Shown: positions 13,615 through 25,361 of the stretch, piece by piece | How the letters are laid out: every line of letters begins with the position of its first letter | Numbering within the stretch: the stretch's first letter is position 1 | From: Lama guanicoe | Taxonomy: Eukaryota | NCBI GenBank assembly: GCA_013239625.1 | Contig: MU054469.1 | Coordinates: 16,893,631-16,957,630, forward strand | DNA length: 64,000 bases | Direction of reading: 5' to 3' | Notes under the pieces: generated by a model | Told to the model about the DNA's origin: nothing | Seen by the model: the letters and a program-made list of their open reading frames with translations, nothing else | Database searches by the model: none | Program-made: the position numbers and the translations under genes

Positions 13615-13908
13615 AGATGGTTTACAGCCCTTAGTCTACAGTTCTGAAATCCCAGAAGCTCTGAAAGCTGAATTTTTATTCAAACTCATTTAGTGGCCAT
13701 GCTTGACCTGGACCTGATGGGACACCAACAATAGTCCTTGTTTCATTAGTGTGAATATCCAGCAGGGTGCTGCCCCAGAAAACCCCACTGGTGGTGCTGT
13801 GTAATATGCAATGTAGGCACCATCCTGCCTTACTCAAATTCAGGTTTTTCTCAGTCCCCAACCACATCTGGCCCCAAAGACTTGGGTAAGGGATTGTGAA
13901 ACTGTACT
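13615..13908. mobile_element. Old Tigger-type (TcMar) DNA transposon remnant
   Basis: Ends in cacatctggccccaaagacttgggtaagggattgtgaaactgTA, a Tigger-like terminus with a TA target site. Confidence 0.5.
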
Positions 13909-15997
13909 GCTATGGACTGATTTTGTCCTAAAGACAGTTCAACTGTGTGTTATGGTGAAGTCTTGTTTATGGGTCCAAAAGATTGTGTGTGACCTCACTA
14001 TAAAATTATTGACAGCACCTGCACTGTTTAATGACAGCTTTGCTGACATCCTTTCCATCTGCTTTTGCTGCTCAAGTGCTCTTCATGCCCAGTGTGTGTC
14101 GTTCCCTCTTGGTATTAGGAAGTTTTGATAAAAGGCAGACCTGGACTCACCATACCTTGGGGTGGTGGTCTCCAACACGGAGCGCGTCAGGGGAAGGCCT
14201 GTGCATTGGGTGGGGTGGCTTTCCTGCTTCTCCTGGGTGGCGTCATTACCGCACACTTGGAAAATTTAGTATGTGTTGTATATATATATATATTTTTATC
14301 TTTAAGAATAATACAACTGCATGAGAAGTCTTGGAAAATATAAGAGCACATAAAAGAAATTAATATCCCATAATCCCAATAGTCTGGTGATGATCACTGT
14401 TACCCCATTTTACAGAGGAAAAGTGAAGCAGCTTCCTCAAAGTCAGCTAGTAGGTGACAGAGCTAGGACTCAAACCCAGACAGTGACTTCAGACTGGTGC
14501 TCTTAACAGGTCTTCCTGGTCAGCTTGCCTTGGTTTTTTGTCAAAATAACTTAAAAATATACAGGCCACACACCCTCTCTCTACTCTCTCTGTCTCTGTG
14601 GAACCCTCTGATTGTCCCTATGATTTTTTCTAACTCTCCACATGACATTTTTAGGGTCCTGGCACCCTCTGTGTGGGCACTTAATTGGTACCAGGTCCGC
14701 TGTGTGCAGGCACAGACTCCCTGAATCAGTAAAGGCGGGGTACTGAGTGGGGGCTTTAAAGGGTGGACTTCAGAGAAGGAAGGCCGAGGGTTCCATCTCT
14801 AGCTCTGCTCCCAAGTGCCCCCGCACGTCAGTGCCCCCTCCAGCTGTACTGTTTTAGATCTGGAGATCTTGCCTGTGTGAAACATGATCATGATTTGCAG
14901 TTTCTAATATGAGTTACATTTCTCCCCAGAGTTACCTTTTAGTTTGCCAGTTAGCTGCAGGGCAGAATAGCGTAGAGGTCAGGTGCAAGGGCTGTGTACC
15001 TCTATGACCTTGGGTAGGTCACAGTACCCTGGAGTCCCACTTTCTTCATCTAGAAAACGGGGACAACTTGGGGACCTCCTGTAGTGTTGTGACAGAAATT
15101 AAACACAGGCCTGCTGGCTCTGAAGTACGCAGGCTGTGGGAGCTATTACTCTTCTCCAGCCTGTGTTCCCAGGCAGCATCTCCTCTCCCCAATCCAGTGA
15201 AATCTTACAGCCCAATACACATCAAACAGTAGTGCCCTGTTTGTTGGTTTTTCAATCAGGGAAGTGAAATTCATATTTATGGGGTGTCACTAGACGCTAG
15301 GCACTGGGCTCAGAGCTTTGCCTATATCATGTCTTTTAATTCTCATAACCCTGAAGGCAAATATATTAATCTCTGTTTTGCTGATGAGGCTCAGAAAGGA
15401 TAAGAAACCAGACCCCCGTCACCCAGTGCGTCAATAATGGAGTTGGGATTTGAATTGAGATCTGTCAGCACCCAGAGCTCAGTCTTTTCCCACAGCCCCA
15501 CACAAAACCACCAGCGTGGACAGTGCTGGCCCCACAATGATGTGGACATTTTATGTTCTATAGGAAAGTCCCTACAGGCCTCCCTTTTAGAAAAATTTTC
15601 ATTAAACATTTTCAAAGTCCTTATTCTTTCTATACATCTGTAGTTTTCTATTTATTCTACATTACAGAGGAATACATTTAAGTTACAAATGCAAACAGTA
15701 CAAATTGGTTGCCTCACTGACAACAATTTCAGCATTTACAAAGCTTAAGCCTTTATGCAGTGTTCCAATCAGAGTTTAAAGTTCTGATTTCTTTACATTA
15801 TCTTATTTGAGTTTCATTCGGGTGTGATTTGATTAGAAGACATGTAGTTCTAAATAGAATTAGTTGGGCTTGGGGGGAAATGCATAATTTAATTCTAGGG
15901 TTTATTACTTTTGTGGGTGAATAACAGACTAGTGACAGTGCTTCAGTTTCAACTCCTTTTTCACAGTTCTTTCTCCTGTTCTGGGTTTCCTTTGCAG

Positions 15998-16096
15998 GTT
16001 CAAAGGCTGACTTGCAAGAAAAGGATACAGAAATAGAAGTAAATGAAGTGTTTTGGAATACAAGGATCATACCGATTTTGCGTGAATTAGAAAAGA
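15998..16096 (+). CDS. ARMC2: ARMC2 coding exon (~exon 7), 99 nt
   Basis: Acceptor ttcctttgcag|GTTC and weak donor AAGA|gtaaaa. Encodes (G)SKADLQEKDTEIEVNEVFWNTRIIPILRELEK; phase fits the next exon. Confidence 0.9.
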
Positions 16097-16484
16097 GTAA
16101 AAAACTTTTTTTTGTTTTAAATCAAAAATATCTATTATTTATATGTTCCTCGTTGCCCTGATATTTTCAGTACACTTGGACTATCATTTATGTGAATGTA
16201 TTCAGAAACAAATGAAGTCATCTATTGATTTACCCAGTAATGTATGTTTTAGATATTATATGTAAACCTGATTTTTAGTGAGTATAGTTATATAGCAGCA
16301 AGAGAGCCTACTGCTAAAATGACCACCTCCTCTGCCCAAGGAAATGCCAGTCTGAACTCCCTACTGTGGCGCTTCATGCAAAACAGTGAACAAGACAGGT
16401 TTCAGGCCTTTGAAACTTTGTCTAAGTCTCATAGACTGGCATCCTTGGCAGGTGTGCCCATGATTTTCTAGATCCAAATGTATA

Positions 16485-16696
16485 CGGTCAGCCCTCCATA
16501 TCTGCAGGTTCTACATCCATAGGTTCAACCAACTGCAGGTGGAATTTTGACCCGTGGTTGGCTGAAATCATGGGTGCAGAACCTGCAGACCAACTATATG
16601 CAGGGCCAACTATCCTACACTATTTTATACATCTGTGGATTCTGTTATATGCTGGCATCCTGGAACCAATCCCCTGTGGATCCTGAAGGAGGACTG
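16485..16696 (-). mobile_element. MER2/MER8/Tigger3-family MITE
   Basis: TA|cggtcagccctccatatctgcagg at the left end and tggaaccaatcccctgtggatcctgaaggaggactg at the right end (TIR-like termini). Confidence 0.8.
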
Positions 16697-17667
16697 CATG
16701 TTCTGTTTTTCTAAGTTTGAGTGTACATATCAGAGATGCCACTCAGAGCAGGAAGTAGCCTGGGATGTGTCCAGCCCTTGCCCTCCAGAACACCCCAGCA
16801 ATGAAGGCCCACAATCCATGAGTCTCTGCCAGAGTGACCTATGGAAGGCTTGTCAGGGGAATGTCCCTCCACCTTCTGTCCCTTTGCTGCTCCTCAGGGA
16901 TTCCATTGTTGAAGCTGAAACAGGTTCCCCTGGAGCGGTAGTCCTGGCCCCAGGGTCAGATCCGGTGCCTGACCCGTCTGACCCATAGCACACATTAGGT
17001 CCTCACTAGCAACTGGAATAAGTATTCCTTACATGAGTGAACCAGCATGGCAGCCACAGGGATGAAGCCCTAGGAGAAGCTAGGTAGTGAGTCCTTCCCA
17101 CTAACCAAACAGGGAAGTTGTACAAAAGACCTACTTCCTTAAATGTTCAAATGACCTCACCCCTCCTGGGCTCTCTGATGGTGCGTGGTGGTGTTCATGG
17201 TTAGAGTGAGAGCCCTGGACAGGGTTTCTGGTCCTGGTGCTGCTAACCAAGCAAATGGCCGTGGGGAATCACCTAACCTGTGTGTGCAGTAGTGTCCTTG
17301 CCTGCCAGGTGAGGCGTGGGTGAGGCTAGATCATCACCAAAGTCCCTGGCAGCTCGAAACCCTGAGAACAAGACCAGGATGACTTTGTCCTCTCTAGAGC
17401 CAATCATGTTTGCCCTTGTGTTAGTGAACCTAGTTAACTTTGGGTCTTTATTTTAGGAGATGTGCATAAAAACTAATGAGAAGAGCAGTCAGTCTGGGCA
17501 AGGGTTAAAGAAGAAAACATACTAGGAACAGCACCACGGGGAGAACAGAGGGCAGCACAAAGGCCTGTCTTGGAGAAAGGCTTCAGCCTGAAGGATTTCA
17601 AGAGGTCTCTGCAGGCTCTCACCGCAGGCACCAACAGAGGAAACTTATCAGGAGTTGGGGATTTGAA

Positions 17668-17858
17668 NNNNNNNNNNNNNNNNNNNNNNNNNNNNNNNNN
17701 NNNNNNNNNNNNNNNNNNNNNNNNNNNNNNNNNNNNNNNNNNNNNNNNNNNNNNNNNNNNNNNNNNNNNNNNNNNNNNNNNNNNNNNNNNNNNNNNNNNN
17801 NNNNNNNNNNNNNNNNNNNNNNNNNNNNNNNNNNNNNNNNNNNNNNNNNNNNNNNNNN
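17668..17858. other. N block (191 nt)
   Basis: Run of N. The other blocks are 25977-26135, 48788-48931, 49657-49845, 49909-50085 and 63625-63782. Confidence 0.99.
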
Positions 17859-17859
17859 C

Positions 17860-18495
17860 TCCCTCTCCCTCTTGCTCTCTTTTTCACTATACACCCCATA
17901 ACACACACACATTATTTTTTTCTCCCTTTTTTGAACCACTTGAGAACAAGTTGCCATCATGATGCCCCATATCCCTAAGTACTCTGATATTTTTAGAAAC
18001 GTGGGCATTCTGTTGTATATCTGGAAATTACCATATAATTCTTAAAAAACCTTACTCAGATTTTGCCAGTTACCCTAATAATTTCCTTTATAGAAAGAGA
18101 AAATCCCGGGTCCAATTATTTGTCATGTCTTTTTGTGATCTTGACATATTTGAGGAGAAGGGGCCAGTTATTTTGCAGACTGCCCCACAAGTTGGGTTTG
18201 TCGGGTATTTTCCCACCATTAGATGCAGGTTAGGCATTTGGGGCAGGTGCACAGCGTAAGTGGTGCCATGTCCTTCTCTGTGCCTCATAACAGGAGGCGC
18301 ATGATGCTGATTTGGCCCATTAGTGGTAATATGAACTTTGATCACTTGGGGAAGGTGGTATCTGCCAGGTTTTTCCCCTGTAAAGTTACTGTTTTTCCCT
18401 TGGTAAGTAATAGGTATCTGATGGAGAGAAGATACTTTGAGACTTCGTTGCTTTCTGTTACTCATCAAACTTTCACCCACTAGCTTTAGCCCTTT
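17860..18495 (-). mobile_element. L1MC-like 3' region fragment
   Basis: aactttgatcacttggggaaggtggtatctgccaggtttttcccctgtaaagttact is characteristic of the L1MC 3' UTR. Confidence 0.7.
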
Positions 18496-20111
18496 GAGAG
18501 TCTCCATAGCTCTTAGATTCAAGTTGTCTTTTGAGGCTACGTGGCATTTGTAACAAACCAACTGGTAGAAAGAGCTAAATTAATCAATAGTTTGCCATTT
18601 GACCTGTGAGCCTTCCTTTTTAATTTCTTTTAAGCTAAAAACAGCTACTCTTGAGTAGAACCCACCAGGCTGAAGCGTCTGTGGCAGGAAGTGTTAGAAG
18701 AATACCTTGAAGCCCACCCGCCGCTGCAGAGAAGCCCACAGCCTGGACTTGGGGTTTGCGAAGAAACTGCCAGTAACAGAAGAATAAAACAACGAAACAA
18801 AAGTATTTCTTACAATAGAGCTCAGGTTTTCCCCTTTATTTAAAGTTAGTCTAAGTCATTTCCCATCAATTCATTTATTTAAGTGCATAACTGAAAGGCA
18901 CTGAAGGTTACTTGACTATTGAGGTTTAAAATTTTTTCTTAGATGTTATTGTTGAAAAGAGCTAAAAATGGCCTGAGTCATTTCCTTCTGCAGGCGCACA
19001 CTTCCTGTATGCGGGCTTTCAAGAGCACATTATGGTATTTATTTAAGATTGGTTTCCTACTTTTAAATTGTGTGATGGAGTCTCTCAGAGATAATATTTT
19101 TCAACCGAATGCCCTACACCTTGGATTATTAGGTTTCCTTTTGTGGTCTAGTCTGTGTGCTCCTTTTCTCCCTTGCATGCCTCTGAGGGTGGCTACCACT
19201 CTCAAAAACTCCTTTCCTCAGAATTCTGATTCTAAAATGAATGTTCTGAGTCTGCCCCGTTTCCTAACTAAAGTCTCTTTTTCATTCTCTTCTTTGCTTA
19301 CCCCTACCTCCAAATAATGGTGGATGTGGTGACATTTTGAGATTTTTGTTCCACCTGGGCCCTCTTTTCTCAGATAAAGAGCATTATTCTCATAGGGAAA
19401 TATTGATCATTGTTTTCATCAATAGATAAATTAGAAAATGAATACATACTGATTTTGTTACAGGCTGTCAGTACAGTCCTCTCAGTGTACCACGCACTGT
19501 ACAAAGACACGTAAGACTCACTTAGCATGGCGTCTGTTTGAGGGCACTGGACATAGAACCCAATATGCATGTATTTGTGAAAAATAACCATGCAAGGTAA
19601 TGTTCGTTGACTGTGGCATGTTACATCTTTCCTGGAGGAGCCAGAACATACACAGAGCCTTGAAGGACCAAAATCAGTAGGGATGAGGTTAAGGAGAACA
19701 TTCTGGGCCAGTGGAGCTGTGCAGCTGAGGATTGAAGGTGGAGACACAAGGGAATGCTTCCATGACATTGAACAGAGCCTCTGTGGAGGTGGAGGGTGTT
19801 TGGAATAAAGGAGACCAGCTGAGCTAATGCAGTTCCACCCTTGAATACGCTCTTCAAAAGACTGTGTTCTAGATAAGCTAACTGATTAGTAAATGGTAGA
19901 TGGAGCAACAAAATGAAAAAAAAAAAAAGGAAATGAAAATGGTAGATGGAAATGATAAGAAAGGGGGGGAGGGGGGACAAGGGTTCAGGAATTTGAAGCG
20001 GTCCGGGGAAGGGAAATGATTCTGGGGTTTTACTTACACTGTCTGTGTTTGACATGCTTGAAAACTTGACCTTAACGAGTAAGTTCTGCTTTACTCTTTT
20101 TGCCCTGACAG

Positions 20112-20287
20112 AAGAAAACATTGAGATGCTGTGTGCTGCTTGCACACAACTTCATCACACGTTAGAGGAAGGAAACATGCTTGGAAACAGATTTAAGAGA
20201 AGAACTATTCTCCTGAAGACCCTGTATAAACTAGTTGATGTTGGTTCAGACTTGCTCAGCCTTAAACTTGCAAAAATTATCCTAGCA
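20112..20287 (+). CDS. ARMC2: ARMC2 coding exon (~exon 8), 176 nt
   Basis: Acceptor ctttttgccctgacag|AAGAA and donor GCA|gtaagt. Encodes ENIEMLCAACTQLHHTLEEGNMLGNRFKRRTILLKTLYKLVDVGSDLLSLKLAKIILA. Confidence 0.95.
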
Positions 20288-23200
20288 GTAAGTTTTTCTA
20301 TCCTCTGGTCTTGTAGACTGTAGCACATAAAAGTTCTGTTTAATGCTTTATTTGTAAATATTACAACAAAGAATAGAAATGCAGTATGTTCATTTAGAAC
20401 CTTGAAAAAAAAATTGAGGCGGTAAACTGACATCCCAGAATTTGATCACAAAGTACTATCTAAGGAACTAAGGCTGAGGACAGAGAGAATGTTCAAAGTC
20501 TTACATATGGGCTGTGGCTAGGTTTAAAAAAAAATGACCGTAGATAAATGTACTCAAAACAGTTGCTGAAGTAACTTGACTAGAGATCAGTATCAGAGAG
20601 TGCAGACTGTGGTTTCTGGCCTGTGGCTTCTGCTGGGTGTTTGATTCTGTCATATGATTTAATAAATAACTTTAGATAACTCAGGCTGTGGACATAGTGG
20701 CCAGGTGCTTTATGAGCCCGCAAGAAACAGAAAAACAGCTGCCCAGTGTCATGGGAAGGTGGTCATAGAAGGCTCCTGTGAAGTGTTAGAAGAAAAGGCC
20801 AGCCACCAAATAAAAGTCTCTAGAAGCTCTGTCTCAAACAAAATGATCATTGTTTGAGTACAGCCCTTTGTTGTCACAGCCATTAACAGTTGGAACCAGA
20901 AGATAAGACACAATTATTAGAGAACGTTCTAAGAGAACCGTTAAAATGAATGAAGCTTTGTTTACCAAGTTTCATTAAAGTAAAAGCTATTATGTTAACA
21001 CCCATAATTCATACAATTTAAAATCGTGAAGTACACAGTGAAGGTAAGCGTTGGCATCCTTACTAATAGTTCAGGAAGAATTCCCACTGTTCCTTATTTT
21101 GAAGTCTTTCCTAAAGCGGAATATTCTGTCTACATATTCTGTGCGATTTGCTGGAGAAGTACAATCTTATTTAGCTGCCATCCTAAACTCTTCACCCTCT
21201 TTGTAAAAATTGTGATATGATATGTGATGCAGAAAGCAACATTTCTTTGAAATAGCAATTTCAGTAGTATTTTAATCCCCTCTCATTGATGACAATTGAT
21301 GAGTCAACTTTAATGAAACAGAAAGAGCATAAATCACAGGGAGTATTTAAAGTCAGAAGTTCTGAGTAGAGATGGAAAGATAACTACATGCTTGCCCAGT
21401 TCCTTCTCTGGCCCTGGATTTGGGGCGCCTCCTGGCCAGGGAGAGCCCCGTGGAGACTGGAAGACCCTACTGGTGTTGCTGCCCTGGACAAGACGCAAGT
21501 GGCCAGCTGCCCCAGGAATGCCTTTGTTTGTCATCTGGATCCTAGACATTTTGCTACATACCAAGCCCAAAAAATAAATAAACGAAAGAGAGAAAGAGAA
21601 AGAAAGAAGGAAGATGCCATGGATTCATTAATGCTTTGCAGAAAAAATAATATCTTGGTTATTAAAGGTACCATTCAAGTTAGTTATATACATGGCACAA
21701 TTTAACTGTTTTAGGGCAAAGGGCTGAGTGATCAGCCAGGCAGTGAACACATTCTGAACAAAATCTGTGTTTAGATAAAGCCCTTTCCATGACACTGACC
21801 GCCTTGCTGAATCAGGGACAAGACTCTGCTAGGCTACAATCCGAGTGCAGAGATGGGCAGGCTTCCCCTTCTGAATAACTGTAGGACCATGAGTTTAGGA
21901 ATGACCTTCAAGGCCATCAAGTCCAACTTCCCATCTGCCACCTGAAGCTCCTGTAATTCTCCACAAGACACTGTTTCCCTTAGACCTTGGTGATGGGGTT
22001 CTATGTAAATTTTAAAAAGAGCAACACCATAAAAAGCTTTTGAAGAAAACAAAAATTTGACAGAAAACTAAAGATATATGGAAGTAAAAAAATTTAATAT
22101 TTATTTATCTACTGGTTTAATATTTAATAATTCAGACTTTAAAATTATTTATAGTTTAAAAATCCAGTGAGTGTAATGTTAATTGTTCTGATTTCTTGCA
22201 CTCTTCTGTTAAGTGGTGGTTTGCCAGACAGCTACTTTCATTTTAACCTCTGTATCAAAAAAACTTACAAAAATATATTTGCCTATATTAAGATTTTTTT
22301 AGAGTACAAAAGATATACAGTGTGAATGCATCTAGGTTCAAGAGGGGAAGAAAATCTAGCATCCTATAAAGGGGGAAAAACAGAAAAAAAAATACCAGTA
22401 TGTCAACAGTGATTATATATAGTAGCAGTGTTATGAGTGATTTTTAAACTTCTCTTTTGTTTAATTTTCCAAATTTTCTTTAAATAGAATAAACTAGTAT
22501 GTTTAATGTAGAAGTAAACCACCCCACTATAAGAACCTACTTGGTGCCAGGGACTCTTGACACTGGGAATACAAGTGAATAAGATCACCCCTGCCCTGGG
22601 GGCGGGCAGTGTAACGGGAGAGACGGAGAGTAAACACTTAAAACACCAGAGGGACTGCTGAGCGCTGTGGGAAGAAAATAAAGCAAAGTAAAGGGAACGC
22701 CCGTGTTGGGGGAAGTGCTGTTTTATGTAGGGGAGCCTACATTCCTTGCATATAATTCAATGTTTTATTTTCTTTTTATGTCTTAAAGTCGTAAGTTTTA
22801 CAGTTGTCAAAAGACAAGGTATAGAAATTTGCTTGGAATGTAAACTGACCTCATAGCAGGCCTGGAAATGGTGGGTTTTGTTCTGTTTTGTTTTGTTTTT
22901 TATGAAAACTAACACAAGGTTTTTTGTTTTTTGTTTTTTGTTTTTTTCCTTTGCTACTTTTCACTAACAACATAAGACTTGCGTGAGGGGGTGAGGTTAG
23001 TTGTGTTCATTCATTTATTCAACTAGTTTCATTAAGTACATAGCACATGCTACATTCCACACATAAAAAGAGTAATGAATCATGGTTTTGACCTCAAAGG
23101 CTCACAGTGCAGTAGAAGATTGCCAATGGATTAAAATATATTCCTAACTATGAAGGACAGTATGTATTTCCATCGATACAGAATTTATTTTTCTTTCTAG

Positions 23201-23344
23201 TCAGCTTGTTTTCTGTGTTTTTAAACATTTTTTAAATAACTAATCATTAAAAACATTTTTTTAGGTTTCCATTTCCTTTTTTCATCCTGAGACCAGGAGA
23301 AATTTCCATCTTGCTGTGTGTGACAGTTTCTGAAACTTCCAGAA

Positions 23345-23612
23345 CAGAACTTTTTAGACTTGAATGTGCACATGATCCCCTGGGAAAGTTGTTAAAATGC
23401 AGATTCTTGTTCAGTAGGGCTGATGGGGCCTGAGATTCTTCTTTTTCTTTTTTTTTTTTTAAACATTTCTTATTTTTTTCCTAATGGAGGTATTAGGGAT
23501 TGAACCAAGGACCTCATGCATGCTGTGCGTACTAAGCATGCAGGTTATCACTGAGCTATACCCATCCTTTTCTGCAATTCTGCGTATCTAGTACACACCC
23601 AGGTGATGCCAA
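23345..23612. mobile_element. MER5A-type element split by a SINE insertion
   Basis: Left part gatcccctgggaaagttgttaaaatgcagattc...ggggcctgagattct resumes after the SINE as attctgcgtatctagt...cccaggtgatgcc. Confidence 0.7.
23440..23567 (-). mobile_element. tRNA-Ala(AGC)-derived camelid SINE (vic-1 type)
   Basis: Reverse complement reads ggatgggtatagctcagtgataa...gcttag...gaggtccttggttcaatccctaatacctcca, followed by an A-rich tail. Confidence 0.85.
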
Positions 23613-23908
23613 GGTGAGGTGATGTCATCTGTCTGAGGAACAGACTCCTCAGTTGCAAAATGGGAATGATTACACCTAATTTGCAGGGTTTATTCTGAGA
23701 TGACATGGAAAGGGCCAGAGCAAAGGGGCAGATGGAAGCTGCTCCATGGATAATACTCCCCTACCTGTCTCCCTCCAGCTTGGGGCTGACCTTGGTCGCC
23801 TTGGTAACTCCTAGGCAGCGAACAGCACAGTGCCTGGTGCACAATATGAACTCAACAATATTTGTAGGTCAAATAAAGAATGAATCTTTTAAAAAACTAT
23901 GTCTAGTA

Positions 23909-24050
23909 GAGGGAGGGTGTAGCTCAGTGGTAGAGTGCACACTTAGCATGCACAAGGTCCTGGGTTCAATTCCCAGTCCCTCCATTGAAATAAAGAAACC
24001 TAACTACCTTCTCCCCCGCTCCACATCCCACCAAAAAGAGAGAGAAAATA
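23909..24050 (+). mobile_element. tRNA-Ala(AGC)-derived camelid SINE (vic-1 type)
   Basis: gggagggtgtagctcagtggtagagtgcacacttagcatgcacaaggtcctgggttcaattcccag (A and B boxes), then aataaagaaacctaactacc and a tail. Confidence 0.9.
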
Positions 24051-25258
24051 TACATCTGACAAATTCCATTATCATCTTTTTAAACTAGCTGAAAACTTAT
24101 TAATAAACAATACTGAATATAATTTTAAGGATTCTTTTTAATGATAAAATAATGACCCATTTGCCATCCCTTTCACACAGATACATTTATCTGTTCAGAC
24201 GACCTCATTCCTACAAATGTATTTTATACTTTTGCAATGAGGGTATGTAATATTTCCATCTTACAGTAGGTTATAAATGGTTTTTTATGCATACTGTTCA
24301 CTGTTATACTTTTGTGATGGCTTAATATGAATACTATCAATGTTCCACAATTTCTTAAACTATTCCCAAATATTGGACATTAAGGATTTTTATTTTTAAC
24401 TTTTACTACCTTAGATAAATATGCAGCTAATTTAGACCATTTGACTCAGTCCTCCCATACTGTGTGTGTTTTTTTAAAGAATATACTTGGAGACAATGCT
24501 TTGGGAAAGATCCCCCCTGCTCTCCTCACTTGCTGCAAATAATAATAGGTTCTTTCTTCTGGAAAAAAAAATTTTTTTAATACTTCCTTATTGCTTAATT
24601 TACTTGACTATTTTTCTGTGATTTAGAAAGTAATTTTAACCTTTGAATGTTACTTACGATTATCTCAAAGCATTCCAGAAATAGGATTAAAAAATAAATA
24701 CATACATATTATATAATCAGAGTGTTACTTTCAAATTTTCTTTTATGCAGATGATAAAAAGAATTGTACTTTCCCCCGTTACTATCTTCCCTTCACCTCC
24801 ACGAGGTATTCTTTTCTAAATTAGATTAACTTGAAATTTTAGTATCCATCTTCCTTTACTTTTGTGTTTTAAAGCAATTACTCCATTTAATTAAATTTAT
24901 CAACATCATCTCCCCTTTTTTCCCTCACAAAATACCTCTTTTAAAAATACGTAACAATTTCACATGTAAGCATGAGACTATGTAGTAAGAAATAGATGGC
25001 TTATCATTGAAATGTGCTTACTCGAAATATCATTTATATTGTATTTACTATAAATGAATTAATTAGATACCATAGTTGGCGACCAGTTGGCCAAAACTTT
25101 TGAAAGCTGATTTCTTTAGAACTTTATTTCTGATTTAAAGATACTCTCACTGCACTTTTTAAATTAGATGTTTGTGTTAAAATATTATGGCATGTCAAAA
25201 CAATTATGGCATGTCTTTATTTCCTTCTGCAATAGCAATGTGTTTTCTTTCTCTGCAG

Positions 25259-25361
25259 CTTAAAGTGAGCGGAAAAAATCTGCTTAATGTCTGCAAGCTT
25301 ATATTTAAAATTAGCAGGAGTGAGAAAAATGATTCTCTGATTCAAAATGACAGCATTCTGG
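25259..25361 (+). CDS. ARMC2: ARMC2 coding exon (~exon 9), 103 nt
   Basis: Acceptor ttttctttctctgcag|CTT and donor CTGG|gtgagt. Encodes LKVSGKNLLNVCKLIFKISRSEKNDSLIQNDSIL. Confidence 0.95.

Noticed and set aside
19621-20145. 174-aa minus-strand ORF overlapping the exon-8 acceptor
   Set aside because: It runs through low-complexity sequence with no recognisable domain; a chance ORF.
23911-23985. tRNA-Ala(AGC) gene (also the six similar copies)
   Set aside because: Stem mismatches, shared SINE tails, A-rich ends and TSDs show these are tRNA-derived SINEs, not tRNA genes.
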